Source: Moniliella sp. 'wahieum'
Lineage: Eukaryota
DNA length: 63,431 nucleotides
Assembly (NCBI GenBank): GCA_003971905.1
Contig: RSEE01000031.1
Span: 620,001 to 683,431 of the forward strand
Reading direction: 5' to 3'
Part shown: in pieces, positions 37,933 to 53,090 of the stretch
Numbering within the stretch: the first letter of the stretch is position 1
Layout of the letters: every line of letters starts with the position of its first letter
The notes under the pieces: model-generated
Told to the model about the DNA's origin: nothing
The model's input: the letters and a program-made list of their open reading frames with translations, nothing else
Databases searched by the model: none
Translations under genes and position numbers: made by a program

Positions 37933-39500
37933 ATGTTCGGTGCACCCACTGTTCTTCCATCCCCGGCCGCTGGGATGAACAGCGTCGCTGCCTACTTGCA
38001 CGCCGGTATTGATCGCAACCACCTGTTTGTACTCTCTGACCCCCGTTGGGACCGATTATGTGAGCGCGATCTGATTCACACGTCTCTCCCGTCCGTTTCC
38101 CAGAGAATTCGAACTCACGCTACAGCAGCACCCCCAGTGCCATACATCTTACCCATCTGCATCCGGTGCGTGCAGCCTTTTTTGCCCACCTCGTCTCCTT
38201 ATAGAGGAACGTGCTGACCTTCATTCGCCTGTGCCTCCATAGGCCAACAGCCCACGGCCTCCATCCAGCCTCCCCCTATAATCCAACTGCGGGTCATTGT
38301 TCACGATCACAGCGTTTGCCCCGACATCACTGATCCCCCCACTTGCCCCGCCCATACCACCTCGGCTCGTTCTCTCGCCTCCTCTGGTCCTGGTCGAACA
38401 AAGGTGACCACCGATCTGGGTACCGGGTGGATAGACCCATCCTGGTACCTCGCCAGTCCTTCATTTCTCCTCGTTGCCTCCTTGGTTCCTCACGCCGTGG
38501 AAGAGACTTCCTTTTCCTCGACTGATGAACTAGGTCTCCTACCCGATGGCTCCGGTCGGGCATACATGACGGGAACCACCGTCTCTTCACTATACCAGCT
38601 GGAAGATTCTTCTTCCCCCCACCCTTTGGGTATCTTTGTCTTTCCCGCCTTGACCATCTGCGCTGAGGGAAGGTTTCGACTCAAGTTCCATCTATTTGAG
38701 CGCATCGGGAAAAGCCTCTGCCACTGCAAGGCTATCTACTCTTCTCCTTTCAGAGCTGCCTTCCCTATCTCGGTAGAAACTCCCGAACCTAGGCCACAGG
38801 GAGACGGTACCCCCAATCCCATTGCCCCGTGCGATCTCGAGCGTCCACCCGGCACTTACGACGCCAACAAAGGGGGAGGGTTCACTCAGAAAGCCCATCT
38901 GGTGTATCAAGCGGAGGCTGGATGAACACAGCTGCTGGCCCCAGCAATGTGTCACTTCGGGCAAGGGACACTATTTCGTCACCTCGGAAGCTCAGAGGAA
39001 CAGCTGTTCCTGCTCGAAGAAGGGGCAGTGTCCCGTTATCGGCCCAGTTTCATCCGTCAGGGGGTTCACGTCCACATCCTCATCGTACTCCCTTGCCCAA
39101 TAGCACCGCCCCCGTGCAGGTTGAGTCAGCTGGGCGAGCCACGACTCCGGGATATTTCCACCCCGAAACCGCCCTTCTTCCATCAGAATACCCCTCGGAC
39201 CCCTTTGCTGCACCTGGGCGAGCCCAGGCAGGGCCAGGATTGACCCACCGCCCCGATCAGCTCAACCCCCATGCTACGCATCATACTGCTCCCTCGCCTT
39301 TGCCCCCTTGTCCTGCTTCGCCCGCCGCGCCTCACCCTCCCATCAATTGGGACATGCATCGGCACGGATGGGAACAGGAGCGAGAGCGTGAGTTGGACCG
39401 GGGGCGAGACTGGGAGCGGGTCCCGGAGCGGGGCCCGGAGGGGCGCACAAGCATATCTCCCTTACCCCCTCGTCTACCCCCAAACTCAAGGGGGCGGAAG
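37933..39500 (+). CDS. Divergent velvet-domain protein (VosA/VelC-like), spliced and frameshifted
   Basis: 'FELTLQQHP' (cf. YELxVRQQP), 'IQPPPIIQLRV' (cf. DPPPIIQL), 'MTGTTVSSLYQLED...GIFVFPALTICAEGRFRLKFHLFE...IYSSPF' (cf. LxGxxVSSL..L.D..G.FF.F.DLSVR.EG.FRL.F). Pro-rich tail; ends approximate. Confidence 0.82.
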
Positions 39501-41281
39501 GAAGTCACTTTCATCTTTGGCCTCCAAGGCAAGAGTCGGATCAGGTTGATCGGAAGGAATGACGATCCTCCCCCAAAACACAAAAGTGCCTTTTCTCTGT
39601 CTTTACCCCGTGCTCACGCAGCCGTATTTGAGCCCATCCTTCCTGTGCACAGCGGTTTCCACACACTGTTTTTATTATGTATCCTCTCTATTCAAGGACT
39701 GAGGGCGAGGCCAAAAGTTTCGTCGCTTGTGAAGGGGGGGACCATGATAGAAGATGTATCAGCTAGGATTACGCCTGGCGTATGTCAACATGGGATTGGT
39801 TAGAGATGAGGAGGACAATGTTCTTTGGTAGATCTTCATGAACCATCATATTTGAAGAATGCCCCGTCTCATTGGGTGTTTAACGTTAAACCAAGGAGAG
39901 CCCACAGAGAAGACTCCGATTGAGAACCCACTCCCTCTCCATCCCATACATTCCCACAAGGCATTAAAACCTCTGCCCATCCGCCCCGCCTGCCCTTTCA
40001 CCAAAAACCCTTCGGCATCTAGTAATGTGTGTCCTTTGGAAACCTACAACCCCACTCATTGCCCATATCCAGGAGGCGTTCCGAGATACTCGTCCGCGAG
40101 GACAGAGGCATAATAAATCAACGTGCTTGAACCCTAGAGAGTCTCTCATCATATGGGGACTGGCAAGTGGCAATACATGGGATAAGGGGCATCGTCTCAC
40201 CACGTAGTCGGTTTATGTCCAGCAGAACCGGGACTAGAGGTGATGGCAGGTTGGACTGAGATACCTAACCCGATCCGAAGGACACGATCCGAGCACGATC
40301 TGCGCCTCCGACGATAACTGAGTGTATTTTTTGGCAGAGTTTTCAAGTAGCTTGCCATTAGAAGAGCTGGAAGCGTCCTTGCCGTGTGGGGAAATCAGGT
40401 CGGTGCGCTTGGCCCAATAGCACCAGGCGTTCTGTTGGTACAGACAATGTCCACATGCAAACGCACGAAATACAAGTGTTACACTAATGCAGTTGAGGAT
40501 ACGTTTGCAGGACTATACCTCACGCGTTTTGCCCCATTTGGAAAAGCGTCTACTGTTGTGATAGCCTCGGCTTGATTCTCTTCTCATTCCTTCTTCCCTT
40601 CCCTCGTTCTCCCTTTCCGCTAGCCTCTACTGTCACACTCACTGCCACAGCGATGTAACCCTTGCTACCATCTAACCGAATTCAACCGTCTCTCGCTCTC
40701 TTGATGACGGATTGTTCCGCTTTTCGTCTTTTGGCATCGCGATTCGTCGGTCACTTCGCTTTGTAGGTCCGTCGGTGCGATGAAGCCATAGGCCTTCACT
40801 CAGTGTGGCTCCCCACTGATTTCTCATATATCTTTTGTCCTTTTAGCCTTGCGCCCATCGTCCATCCTCACCTGCTGCCGTTTCCTCTCTGGTATTCTCG
40901 CAGCCTGCCATAGTAGCAACCAACGTACAAATAGAGCCAATCCATCATCATTGATCATCATCGACCCATGTGTTATCCATCCTTTGCTCCCGCAAGACCT
41001 CACCAGGCGCGATCTGCATGGATGGAAACGACACGCGCCACGCGGGGGAGGCCCGTGGCGATATGAATGAGACAGCGCACGGGCGTGCTTGAGTACTTGA
41101 CACTGAACTGCTGCTGTCAAACGGCCAGGCGTGATGCATGATGCATGATGGGCCCGCACATGTAGCTAGCAGGCCCTGCCGGCTGGCCGCCGCTTCCAGT
41201 GACGTCAACAAGTTTTTATCCATTACATTGCCATCCATCCTATAGCATTCTCTGTGGCAAATCAATGTAGGGCTCGTGTGG

Positions 41282-41288
41282 TATAAAT
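41282..41288 (+). promoter_or_regulatory. TATA box of the pyruvate decarboxylase gene
   Basis: TATAAAT about 70 nt upstream of the ATG at 41355. Confidence 0.5.
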
Positions 41289-41354
41289 GTCTCTACCTCC
41301 TCTTCTCCCGCGGTCCTGGTCCAACCATCTTTGTCTTCCACGATCGATCTCGTC

Positions 41355-43372
41355 ATGACTTCTGTTGAAGGCACCATCACGCTCACAGACTACCTTGTCA
41401 ACCGCTTTAAGCAACTCGAGGTGGAGTTTGTCCAGGGATTGCCAGGCGACTTTACACTGGCTATGCTCACTCGCTGGCGCGAGGGCGGCCTGGGCTGGAT
41501 TGGTAACTCCAACGAGCTTAATGCCGGTTACTCGGCTGATGGCCTGGCTCGTGTTCTGTCCGATGGTCACCCCCGCCCGGCCGTGCTTACCACAACGTTT
41601 GGTGTCGGCGAGCTGAGTGCCTGCAACGCCTTAGGGGGGAGTATGGCCGAGCGCCTACCCGTCATCCACGTTGTTGGCACCCCTTCCACCAACGCGCAAG
41701 ACGAAGGCTTGATACTCCACCATACACTCGGTACGTGCTGATGAAACCCCCTTCGTTACCTTGTCGCCCCATTAACTCTTCCGTCGGTCTCTCTCGCGTA
41801 CTCTTCACAGGCGATCACAAATTTGACGCGTTCCTTAACATGGCGCGACAAATCACGGGGGCCCAGCTCGACTTGTATCAGATGCATCGGGAGGGTCGCC
41901 TACCCCTCATCCCCAAGGGGACCAAGGCTGAAGACATCCCTACCGGGTTGGACGCTTGTCGGGCCATTGACTCGATCCTAGAGTTCTGCATCACTCGTTC
42001 GCTCCCAGTTTACATTGCCTTCCCCTCCAACATGGTCGACCTTCCTCTGCCATTGTCTGCCTCCAAGCGCCTTACAGAATACCAGCTCAAGACCAATATG
42101 CCGGAGAATGATACCGAAGTCGAGGCCATGTCTTGCAGGGAATTTTGTCGCGTATCAAAGCGGCCAAACAGCCTATATTCTTGTGGATGCCTGTGCATCC
42201 CGGCACAATGTGGTCCCCGAAACCCGTGAGTTTGTGGAGGCCACGGGTCTCCCAGTTTTCTCGACCCCCATGGGTAAAACCACCGTTGACGAAAAGGACA
42301 ACCCCCAATTTGGTGGTGTATACCTGGGTGCCCTGACCAAGCCGGCAATCAAATCGATTGTTGAATCCTCTGACCTTATTCTCTCGATTGGGGCGTTGCA
42401 ATCGGACTACAACACTGGCTCGTTCACTTATCACACTAACCGTGCCGCCACGATTGAGCTCCATTCGGACCACACCAAGATTGGCTTTGCCATCTTTAAG
42501 GACATTAAAATGAAGTGGCTTCTTCCCAAACTCACTGCGGCGCTTGCTGATGAAGGAGTTGGGCGCCTGGCCGAAACCAAAAAGCTCCTGGCTCCTGTCC
42601 GTCCATTTACCCACAACGCCATCCCTTCTGAGGAGGAGCAAATTGCTGAACTCGACGAGGTTACCATTTCTCGCCTGGGAGGGGCTGAGGGTTTCCAAAA
42701 GAATGGCATCTTGTCACAGCTACTTCTGGCCCCGCATGGGCCAATTCTTCCAGGAGGGTGACACCATCTTGGGAGAGACAGGTACTTCCGAGTTTGGGCT
42801 GATCGACGTCACCTTCCCCAAACACTCCAAGCTGATTGCTCAGATTCTGTGGGGCTCGATTGGATACACGGGTGGTGCGGTATTGGGTGCTGCACTGGGC
42901 ATGCGCCCAACCAACTCAAGAAACACGACCCTTCGCGCCCTGGACGACACGGTGCACTTCATTGGCGATGGATCTCTTCAGCTCACTGCTCTCAAGAACT
43001 GGGTACTGTCTTTCGTCATGGACTGACGCCCCTTATCTTATCCTCAACAATGACGGATACGAGATTGAGCGTCAAATCTACGGTCCCGACGAGTTTACAA
43101 TGACATTGGGATCTGGAACCACTCGAACTGATCGATTTCCTCACCCCCCTCCCACGTGGACCAAGCCCAACGTCCCTCCACGACAGCGACCCCGTCCCAG
43201 CCAGACGAAGTACCATGCTGTTCACACCAAGACAGAATGAGAAGCTACTCACGGACCCGAGTTTATAAGGCCGACAAGGCTCACGTCGTGGAGATCTTCC
43301 TCCCCTCGTGGCGATGCTCCTCCTGCCCTGAAGCGCCAGGCTGCCTTGTCGGCAGCCAACAATGCCGCCTAA
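41355..43372 (+). CDS. PDC1: Pyruvate decarboxylase / 2-oxoacid decarboxylase (TPP-dependent); intron 41731-41810; frameshifts
   Basis: 'GLPGDFTL', 'WIGNSNELNAGYSADG', 'TTFGVGELSA', 'LHHTLG|D', 'STPMGK', 'SDYNTGSF', 'ETGTSEFG', 'QILWGSIGY', 'FIGDGSLQLT', 'LNNDGYEIER'. Substrate specificity (PDC versus Aro10-like) not resolved. Confidence 0.93.
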
Positions 43373-43855
43373 CTGGACTAGTTTATATATATTGCTTTTC
43401 TGTGCCCCATCAAACATGACACGGGACAGCAATGACGATCCGATTTTCCCTACTCACCAACAACTACACATTGATCCCATGTGTTCTACTATAATGGAGC
43501 TGATGTTCTATCTGTTTTAGGCGTGAAGCCTGAAGACGAGCCTTATATCTATGAGCTTGGTGAGGAGGAGACGGGATGCATTCGAGAAAGTGCGTCTTTT
43601 TGCCTTTCCCGCCGGGAGTCAAGTATAGTTGGGGAGATGACCGTCATCGGCCAGGCGGCTGAGACACTTGTGGCTCCCGCTTTGGCCAGATAGCTATTTT
43701 GAAATGTCAAGGGGGAAATCGTTTAGTGAGCGAACACGGGATTGCCGGGGGAAATAAACGGCCAGTAAAAGCTTGAATCAGTACCAACCAGCCTCCTATC
43801 TCCGTCCAACGCTCTTCTCCACCTGGATCAAGCGTCGACGGCACGCGTCCAAGCC

Positions 43856-45634
43856 ATGGCCTTGCCTTGTACATTGGAATTGACGTGTGAGCCCCTCCTT
43901 TCCGCTTGCTGGACTAATCGCTCACAACCGATGCAGGGGCACCTCGTCTGTCCGCGCCGTGGTAGTGGATGAGCGCGGCGAATTGCGGGGCACGGGAGTG
44001 GGTGCGACCCGAACGTGGACCGACGCCCCGCCCGGGCTAGAACACGTGTATGAGCAGAGCGGATCCCAGATCTGGACGCAGCTTGGTCATGCGGTGCGGG
44101 AGGCATGTAAGGCGGCCAAGGTGGAGAAGGACAGATTCGAGGCATCGGGGTGGATGCGACTTGCTCCTTGGTGACGACCACCGCCCAGGGAGACCCACAG
44201 TCTATCTCACCTATCCAGGGCCAGTGGGGATCAGGAGAAAGGAACGTGATGCTGTGGCGTGACTTACGAGCCGAGGAAGATGCGAAATCATCTCCGCACG
44301 GGTCACCCCCTTGGCGCTGACAGGAGGAAGCATGGGCGCAGAGATGATTCTCCCCCGTCTACGCTGGTTGCAGCGACATATGCCATCTGACGAATTTGAC
44401 CAACTCGCTTCTTTCTGCTCCCGGACTATTTGACTTGGCGTATGACCGGCTCCAGGGCCCGGTCTCATGGTAACCTGCTGCCTGTGGCTTGGGTATCGAC
44501 ATGCAATGGCCGTGCCCAGCCAGACCCGACGTTCTTCACCGAGATTGGATTGGAGCGGATCGTCCAGACGTCCTTCCGGTCCCTGGGGGGGGTTCCGGGG
44601 GAGGATGGATCAGAGCTTGTCCTCTTTCCCGGGACGCCCGTTGGACAGGGGCTAAGCCCTGAAGCAGCGGGCGCTGGGGTTGGAGGTAGGAACCCCTGTG
44701 GCAAGCGGGTTGATCGATGGGTACGCCGGGTGGCTAGGGACTGTGGGTGCGGGCGCCCCTGCACAGCTCGAGGCAAGTCAGCACCGTCTGGCCCTTGTTG
44801 CTGGTACATCGGCATGCATTGATGTCCAAAGCCCCAAGCCTCTCTCGGTCCCAGGGTTGTGGGGACCATGGAATGTTGTCTTTCCTGACATGTACATGTC
44901 TGAGGGGGGGCAGCCGGCTGCAGGGGCGTTGGTGGACCACTTTTTCGTACTCATCCCGCCTACCCTCAACTTACCGGGACAGGTGATGTCCATGTCGAAA
45001 TCACCAGGCGGTTGGGCACGATGGTGACTGCTCGTGATTGAGGGCCATTACGGAACTCAACGGGACCGATTGTTTATCCTGACTTCCACGGCAACAGGGC
45101 ACCGCTGGGAGACGATCAGATGCGAGGGATGATGGTGGGGCTTCGGCTGGATGGGACAGTGGATGATATGTGCCTGTGGTACTGGCTGCTTGAGAGTCTG
45201 GCCCTGCAGATCCGCCACGTGTTCGATACCTTGACCAAGGCTGGGCATGAGATCAAGATGATTGTGCTCAGTGGGGGCATGGCCGAGAGCGATCTTTTTG
45301 TTAATCTTTTGGGCAAGAACCTTGGTCTTCCCATTGCTCTGCCCACCAACACCGAGGCTGCTGTTCCCCTTGGATCGGCCATCTTGGCACGGCACGCGGC
45401 CCAAGTGGGTACAGCTCCGTGTTCCCAGATGGAAGCTGAGGCGCTTGCACATAATGGGGCCCAGCAGCTCTGGGCTACTGCTACCACCATGGCCAGAGCA
45501 GGCAAAGTGGTGCACGCACAAGTGGAGGCTGGGAGGCCGAGCTGCTCCAAGCAAAGTACGACGTCTATCTCGACATGATAGTTGCTCAAAGGAGATGGCA
45601 AAGGCTCGCGGACGCAGCCGATACATCCGCTTGA
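43856..45634 (+). CDS. FGGY-family carbohydrate kinase (D-ribulokinase-like); intron 43887-43936; frameshifts
   Basis: 'YIGIDV|GTSSVRA', 'YEQSGSQIW', 'GVDATCSLV', 'SGLIDGYAGWLG', 'LVAGTSAC', 'VPGLWGP', 'EGGQ', 'YPDFHGNRAP', 'LSGG', 'LGSAIL'. Confidence 0.88.
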
Positions 45635-46099
45635 GCGTACCAAAACAGATGAGCATCATACCGCAGCAGATACCATGCGGGGGTACATTGCGTCAGGCGT
45701 CATTAATTCAGGCGTCATTATTGATCCAATACAACTGACAACCTCTTCATTGATTTGGGTGGAAGTGCGAGAAGTGTACAAAGTTCGGCATGATACTCTT
45801 TTGGTGCCGTATCTGCGTTTGTCTATGTCAATGGCAGTGTGAAACGACAGGGGGGGTTCTGTCGCCCAAGACCAACGTCAGTATACGCGAAACTACCCAC
45901 GCAGGCACACATGAAGAACAGCAGAATTCTGGCATATATCCATCTCTTTTTGCCATCTCGCTTCACCACCTCCCGTATGTAAGTTCCGTTGCGTATCCAA
46001 TCCTAGTGACGGAAATGAAAAGAGTCGAGAAGAACACATTCACTCTCGCACACCTTATTCGTGGCCAGAGGCGAGAAAAAAACATCGGGTACGGGAAGC

Positions 46100-48234
46100 A
46101 GGATGCCAAAGCGTGAGATCCATCGAACCCCTTGCCCCCAGCTTCAGTAGAGATGGACCATAAGGGAAGACATACTACTTGCGTAACAATGTGACCATCC
46201 TCATACTCCGATGGGGGTTTCGGGCGGTAGGAGAGGCCCCACCCTTTTCTGCCTTGATGTTTCGTCGCATCAGAGGCGTACACCCCATTGCCCTCTTGCC
46301 CCATCCGCTCGCCAATTTTGTCCCGCGTTTGCCTTATCATTGGGGCGCAGAGTAGAAATGTTGTTGCCCGCGACGAACATCTCGTTCTTCGCACTCATCA
46401 ATGATTTGAACTTCTTCAAAGGTTTTAGGTAGAGCACTTTAGGACGCGTGACTTGCGCGCACCTCTTCTTGTCCTTCCTCTTCTGCCGGAGGCTCCTCCT
46501 GCGCCTCCGGGACTTCGGTTTCTGCAGGTTCAGTTGGCCATACGGGAATGCCATTGGCCCTTGGGAATTTGCGCCACGCCAAAACGGGCCCAATAGGGTT
46601 CATAGCCATTGTCGGCTCGGGCTTGTTACGCCGTCCGAACCGCAGACGTTGCATCGTTCGCAACTCGTCAGACCCGGGCGCAACAAACTTGACTGATGTG
46701 ATCCGGAACCAGCCAAGGAAGGAACCTTGGCCCTTGGTGTTGTTACTCTGGTTCGGTCCCGCTTTGTTGGTCTGAAACCAGACTTGCTGCCCACAAAAGG
46801 GATTGGGCGGTTGAAGTTGCTGGCACTTCCTCAATCCCAAGCGCCTTGGCATCATCCTGAATGTTGTTAAAGTACCATGTTCGGGTAAACATTCGTCAGC
46901 CAGCGAGATCAGAGGGTCGTCCTTGGTCTCTTGCACCAGTTCTTCCAACTTGCGCCGTGCCTCGGCCAGCTTACCGCGCGGAACGGTTCCCGGGGCTGTC
47001 GCTCCAAAAGAGAAAGCTCCATGCGCTTGCGGGCTAGGCCCCAGCGCCTGCAGCGCAAGCGGGAGCAAGCTATGAGCAAAGGACTTGACCCAAAATTCAC
47101 CCGATAAGCTTCGGCCAAAGATCGTCCACCATCCGCATCAATCCACATCGTTCCGGCGACCCGAACCCAATGCCCGTCGCATCCACAGCGGCCGCATCGC
47201 AACCTTGAATCCCGCGCATGGGACGCCAGATGAAGTCCATGTTGGATCGATTGTTCTTGAATCCGTTCCACACCCGGCTCGCCGCTGCACTTTGTGCCAG
47301 TTTGAGCCCTGGCGGCGGCGCATTGACAAACAAGGTTGATGACCATGGTCCCACAGGTTGCAAAGCATCAGCAACGCAGGCTTCTTTTGTTCGATTCCCT
47401 CCTGGCGCACCCGCTGCCAAACGCGATACCGTTGCCGCATCTCCTCTGCCTCGGTCTCCAGTCGCTTCAGGGGAAATTTGCACCCCATTCGCACTGGGTT
47501 GCTGCACCTGCTCCACAGGAGGCGTGCCCTGATCCACTGAGTTGGCAGCGAGCTCGTTGAGGGGTTGGATCTCCTCACGGTAGGACGGTTGCGCTGCCGC
47601 TCAGATTCGTGGGCCGCCTTCCAGGCAGCGATGAATTGATCCTCGGTTGTGTCCTCCCTGGCGGCCAGGAAGGCGAGACCATGCATCTGGGGTCCGCCGT
47701 TATCGGAACCCCACCAGCTCCAAGGCGAAGGCTGCAGTGCTCCATCACCTCCACAATGTTCTGAAAAAAGACGAGGGTAGAGTGATTGGGGAACCGGGCC
47801 GGCGGAGCCGGTGTTCCTTCTCTTCTCCTTCTCCTTTCCCTTCTCCTTTTCCTTTTCTTTTTCCTTGTCCCTACTCTTCTTGTCCTTGCTTGCTCCGCGC
47901 TCCCGACCCATCTCGGCCGCCTTGGCCATGTTGGAGAGGTTATCAGCACGAGTTTCCTGGCGCTTCTTGAATGCATCCTTAAATTCGGCACTTGCTCCGA
48001 TGTGGGCACAGCGGGCCTGCGTTCGTGCCCTGCCAAAACCAACTTCGCCCGTGGTGGGTGGGCCAAACGGCTGGCGAAAACTGGGCAGCCAACCCTCAAG
48101 CTCGCCGGCAGGCGGCGGCGTGGCGGAAGGGGGAGTGGCGGTGAGGTCGGGCAAGGGATCGAGACGACTGCGTGGGTCGCGCGCAGGGAGGCAAAGCTCC
48201 CGCGGGCACGCAGAGCAGGCGGAACATACGACAT
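46100..48234 (-). CDS. Hypothetical protein (~600-700 aa across frameshifts) with a KEKE low-complexity tract
   Basis: Starts MSYVPPALRAR; overlapping minus-strand ORFs 48268-47138, 47537-47097, 47068-46439 and 46593-46270 form a plausible chain. No family recognised. Confidence 0.55.
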
Positions 48235-49205
48235 GGCTCACGCAGACACACAGCGGGCCGGTAGGCAAGACTCAGCGCACGCACCAACGCCGGAGCGATG
48301 GACAGAGTCGAGGGCTCGATAGAGGGGTCGACAGATGGTGGCCGCAAAGCTCTGCGGTGGCGAGATTCAGCTGCAAGCTTCAGCGTGATTGGACGTGGAG
48401 CTTGAAGCTTGAAGCTTCAACTTGAGGTGTCAAGCTAGACTTCAAGCTAGCTTCAAGTTACGCTTCACTTGAAGCTTGAAGCTTTGCAAAGCTGGCCCAA
48501 CTCCTCAGCTCTCTCTCCAAACGCAGAGCAAAGCCCCAGCGGCTAAACCAGCCAAGCGAATCTCGACTCCACTCTCACTCCACTCTTGCTCTCAACTGCG
48601 CTGGGTCTTTCTGCCCTGTCTTTGTTCTTGCCCCGTCCCCGTCCCCATCCCTTTCTCTCGTCTTCGTCTTCGTCCCAATCCCAGCCGCTATCAGCTATCA
48701 GCGCTGGCGCCTCAGTCCTGCCCTCTTGACTCAGTCCGGCCTAATCGCGACTCCAGCGGTATGACCCACCCGCACCTGCATGGCCCAGCCGTGGCATGCC
48801 CTGGCCAGCAACTCACTACTCACACTGCCACCATGCGGGCAATTGTGAAGAAGAAAGTGTGTGATTTAGATTTTGTTCTTCGCAGCACGTATTTATGACA
48901 CCCTATGGCCTGCCCACACGCACCACACCTCAAGCTTCAAGTGAGACGAACAGCAACCGATCCAGCTTCATGAGTAAGAGCAAAGTAGTGATTACATCGT
49001 ACACGGTCGAGCATGCATGAGGGGAGGTTGTGGGTAGCAGAGCAAGAGGTGGATGGGAGTAAAGGGGGGCGGGGCGAGGCAAGGCCAAAGGAGATGCCAG
49101 CCAACGGCACGCGCCCCATTTTGGCATTGGTATTTCAAAGGCGCTCTCCCAGTGTGGGCCGCGATACAGTTGGGGAGGCGATTGGTTCAGGCCTGGGCGA
49201 GCGTC

Positions 49206-50058
49206 TTAGGACGTGTCTTGCACCACACCCACCTCGGCAGGACGGAGAATACGCTCCTTGATTTGTACCCGACCTTGGAGACGGACAGAACCGTACCGGC
49301 TCCTTGCCCGGCACGGGCGCCTGGAAGAGCGCCTCGTGCTGGTTAGGGTCAAATGGCTCGCCGGTCGGGTCAAAGGAGGTGATGCCGTGCATCTTGAGCA
49401 TGTCCAGGATGGCCTTTTGGGTCAGGGCCACGCCGGAGTACAGCTCGGCCACCGCCTTATGCGGGTCCTCCACGCCAGCATCAGCAGGGGCTCGCGGAAC
49501 GCCTCCGGAACACTCTTCAGCGCCAGCTGGAGAACGTCGAGCGACGAGGTCAGGTCCTTGGCCAGCTTCGTGATCCCATAATCAGAAGCCTTGGCTTTTC
49601 CTCCTGGCTCCGGCGCTCGAGGTTCTGCATGTCAGCCTTGGTGTAGAGGACGGCCTTCTGCACATGGCAAACAACCAACAGAGGCCGAGGGGTTAGTAAA
49701 CACAACACGAGACGGGAAGAGGGGAAATTCCACCAAGGCGGAACCAGGAACGGACGCACCTCGAGGTCCTTGATCCGGCTCTCGCGCTCTCCACGAGCTT
49801 GCGCAACTTGGCTACCTCTTCGTCGCCAGCGGTGGCAGCGTCGTTCTCAGCGGCCTTCTCGGTGGCATTGGCGGGTTGCTCGCTCTCGGCCTCGGCGGCA
49901 CGGAGAGGGGAGGTGGCAAAGGAGCGCCATGCGGGCGCACGGGCCAGGGCAGGGGCAGGAGCAGAGGCCACGACGCGGGCCAGAGGCCGAGCGGCAGAAA
50001 AGCTGCGCAGGACAGAGGGCGCAGTGAGGCGGAGGGCGGGGCGCAGGACAGCAGGCAT
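49206..50058 (-). CDS. MGE1: Mitochondrial GrpE nucleotide exchange factor; intron 49759-49658
   Basis: Arg/Ala-rich presequence; 'ADMQNLERR', 'FAKDL', 'GVALT', 'FDPTGEPFDPNQHEALFQAP', C-terminal 'GY..KERILRPAEVGVV'. Confidence 0.93.
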
Positions 50059-50497
50059 GGCGGTGGGTTGTAGGAAGAAAGAGAAGCGGTGCTTGTTTCG
50101 AGCCCAGAACGGAGCGCTGAGAGACTGCATCTGATCGAAATTCCAAGAAGGCGCGGCCGTTGCACCGACCCTCCTTGCGCATCATCTTGGACCATGCGAG
50201 CATCAAGGTCAAGTTTCAAATTCAAAGGTCAAGCTCCAAGCCTCAGGAACAACAGTGGGTCAAACGTTCAAATTCTCCGCCGCCCCCGTTGGTAACCCAG
50301 GGGACCAGCGCCTCTCGACCAGTTATAGTTAGTTCCGTTTCCCCCTCTCGTCCTCAGAGCACCAACGAGCCAGGCTATGGCATTCCAACATGGTCGAGAG
50401 CTGATGAATTCAGATGGTATGCAGGGACGGCGGATCCCCGGAACCCAGTCATGGACGAGCAGGGCAGAGCAGAAGCGCAAGAATGGCATGCAGGTGG

Positions 50498-53090
<2,593 letters not shown>

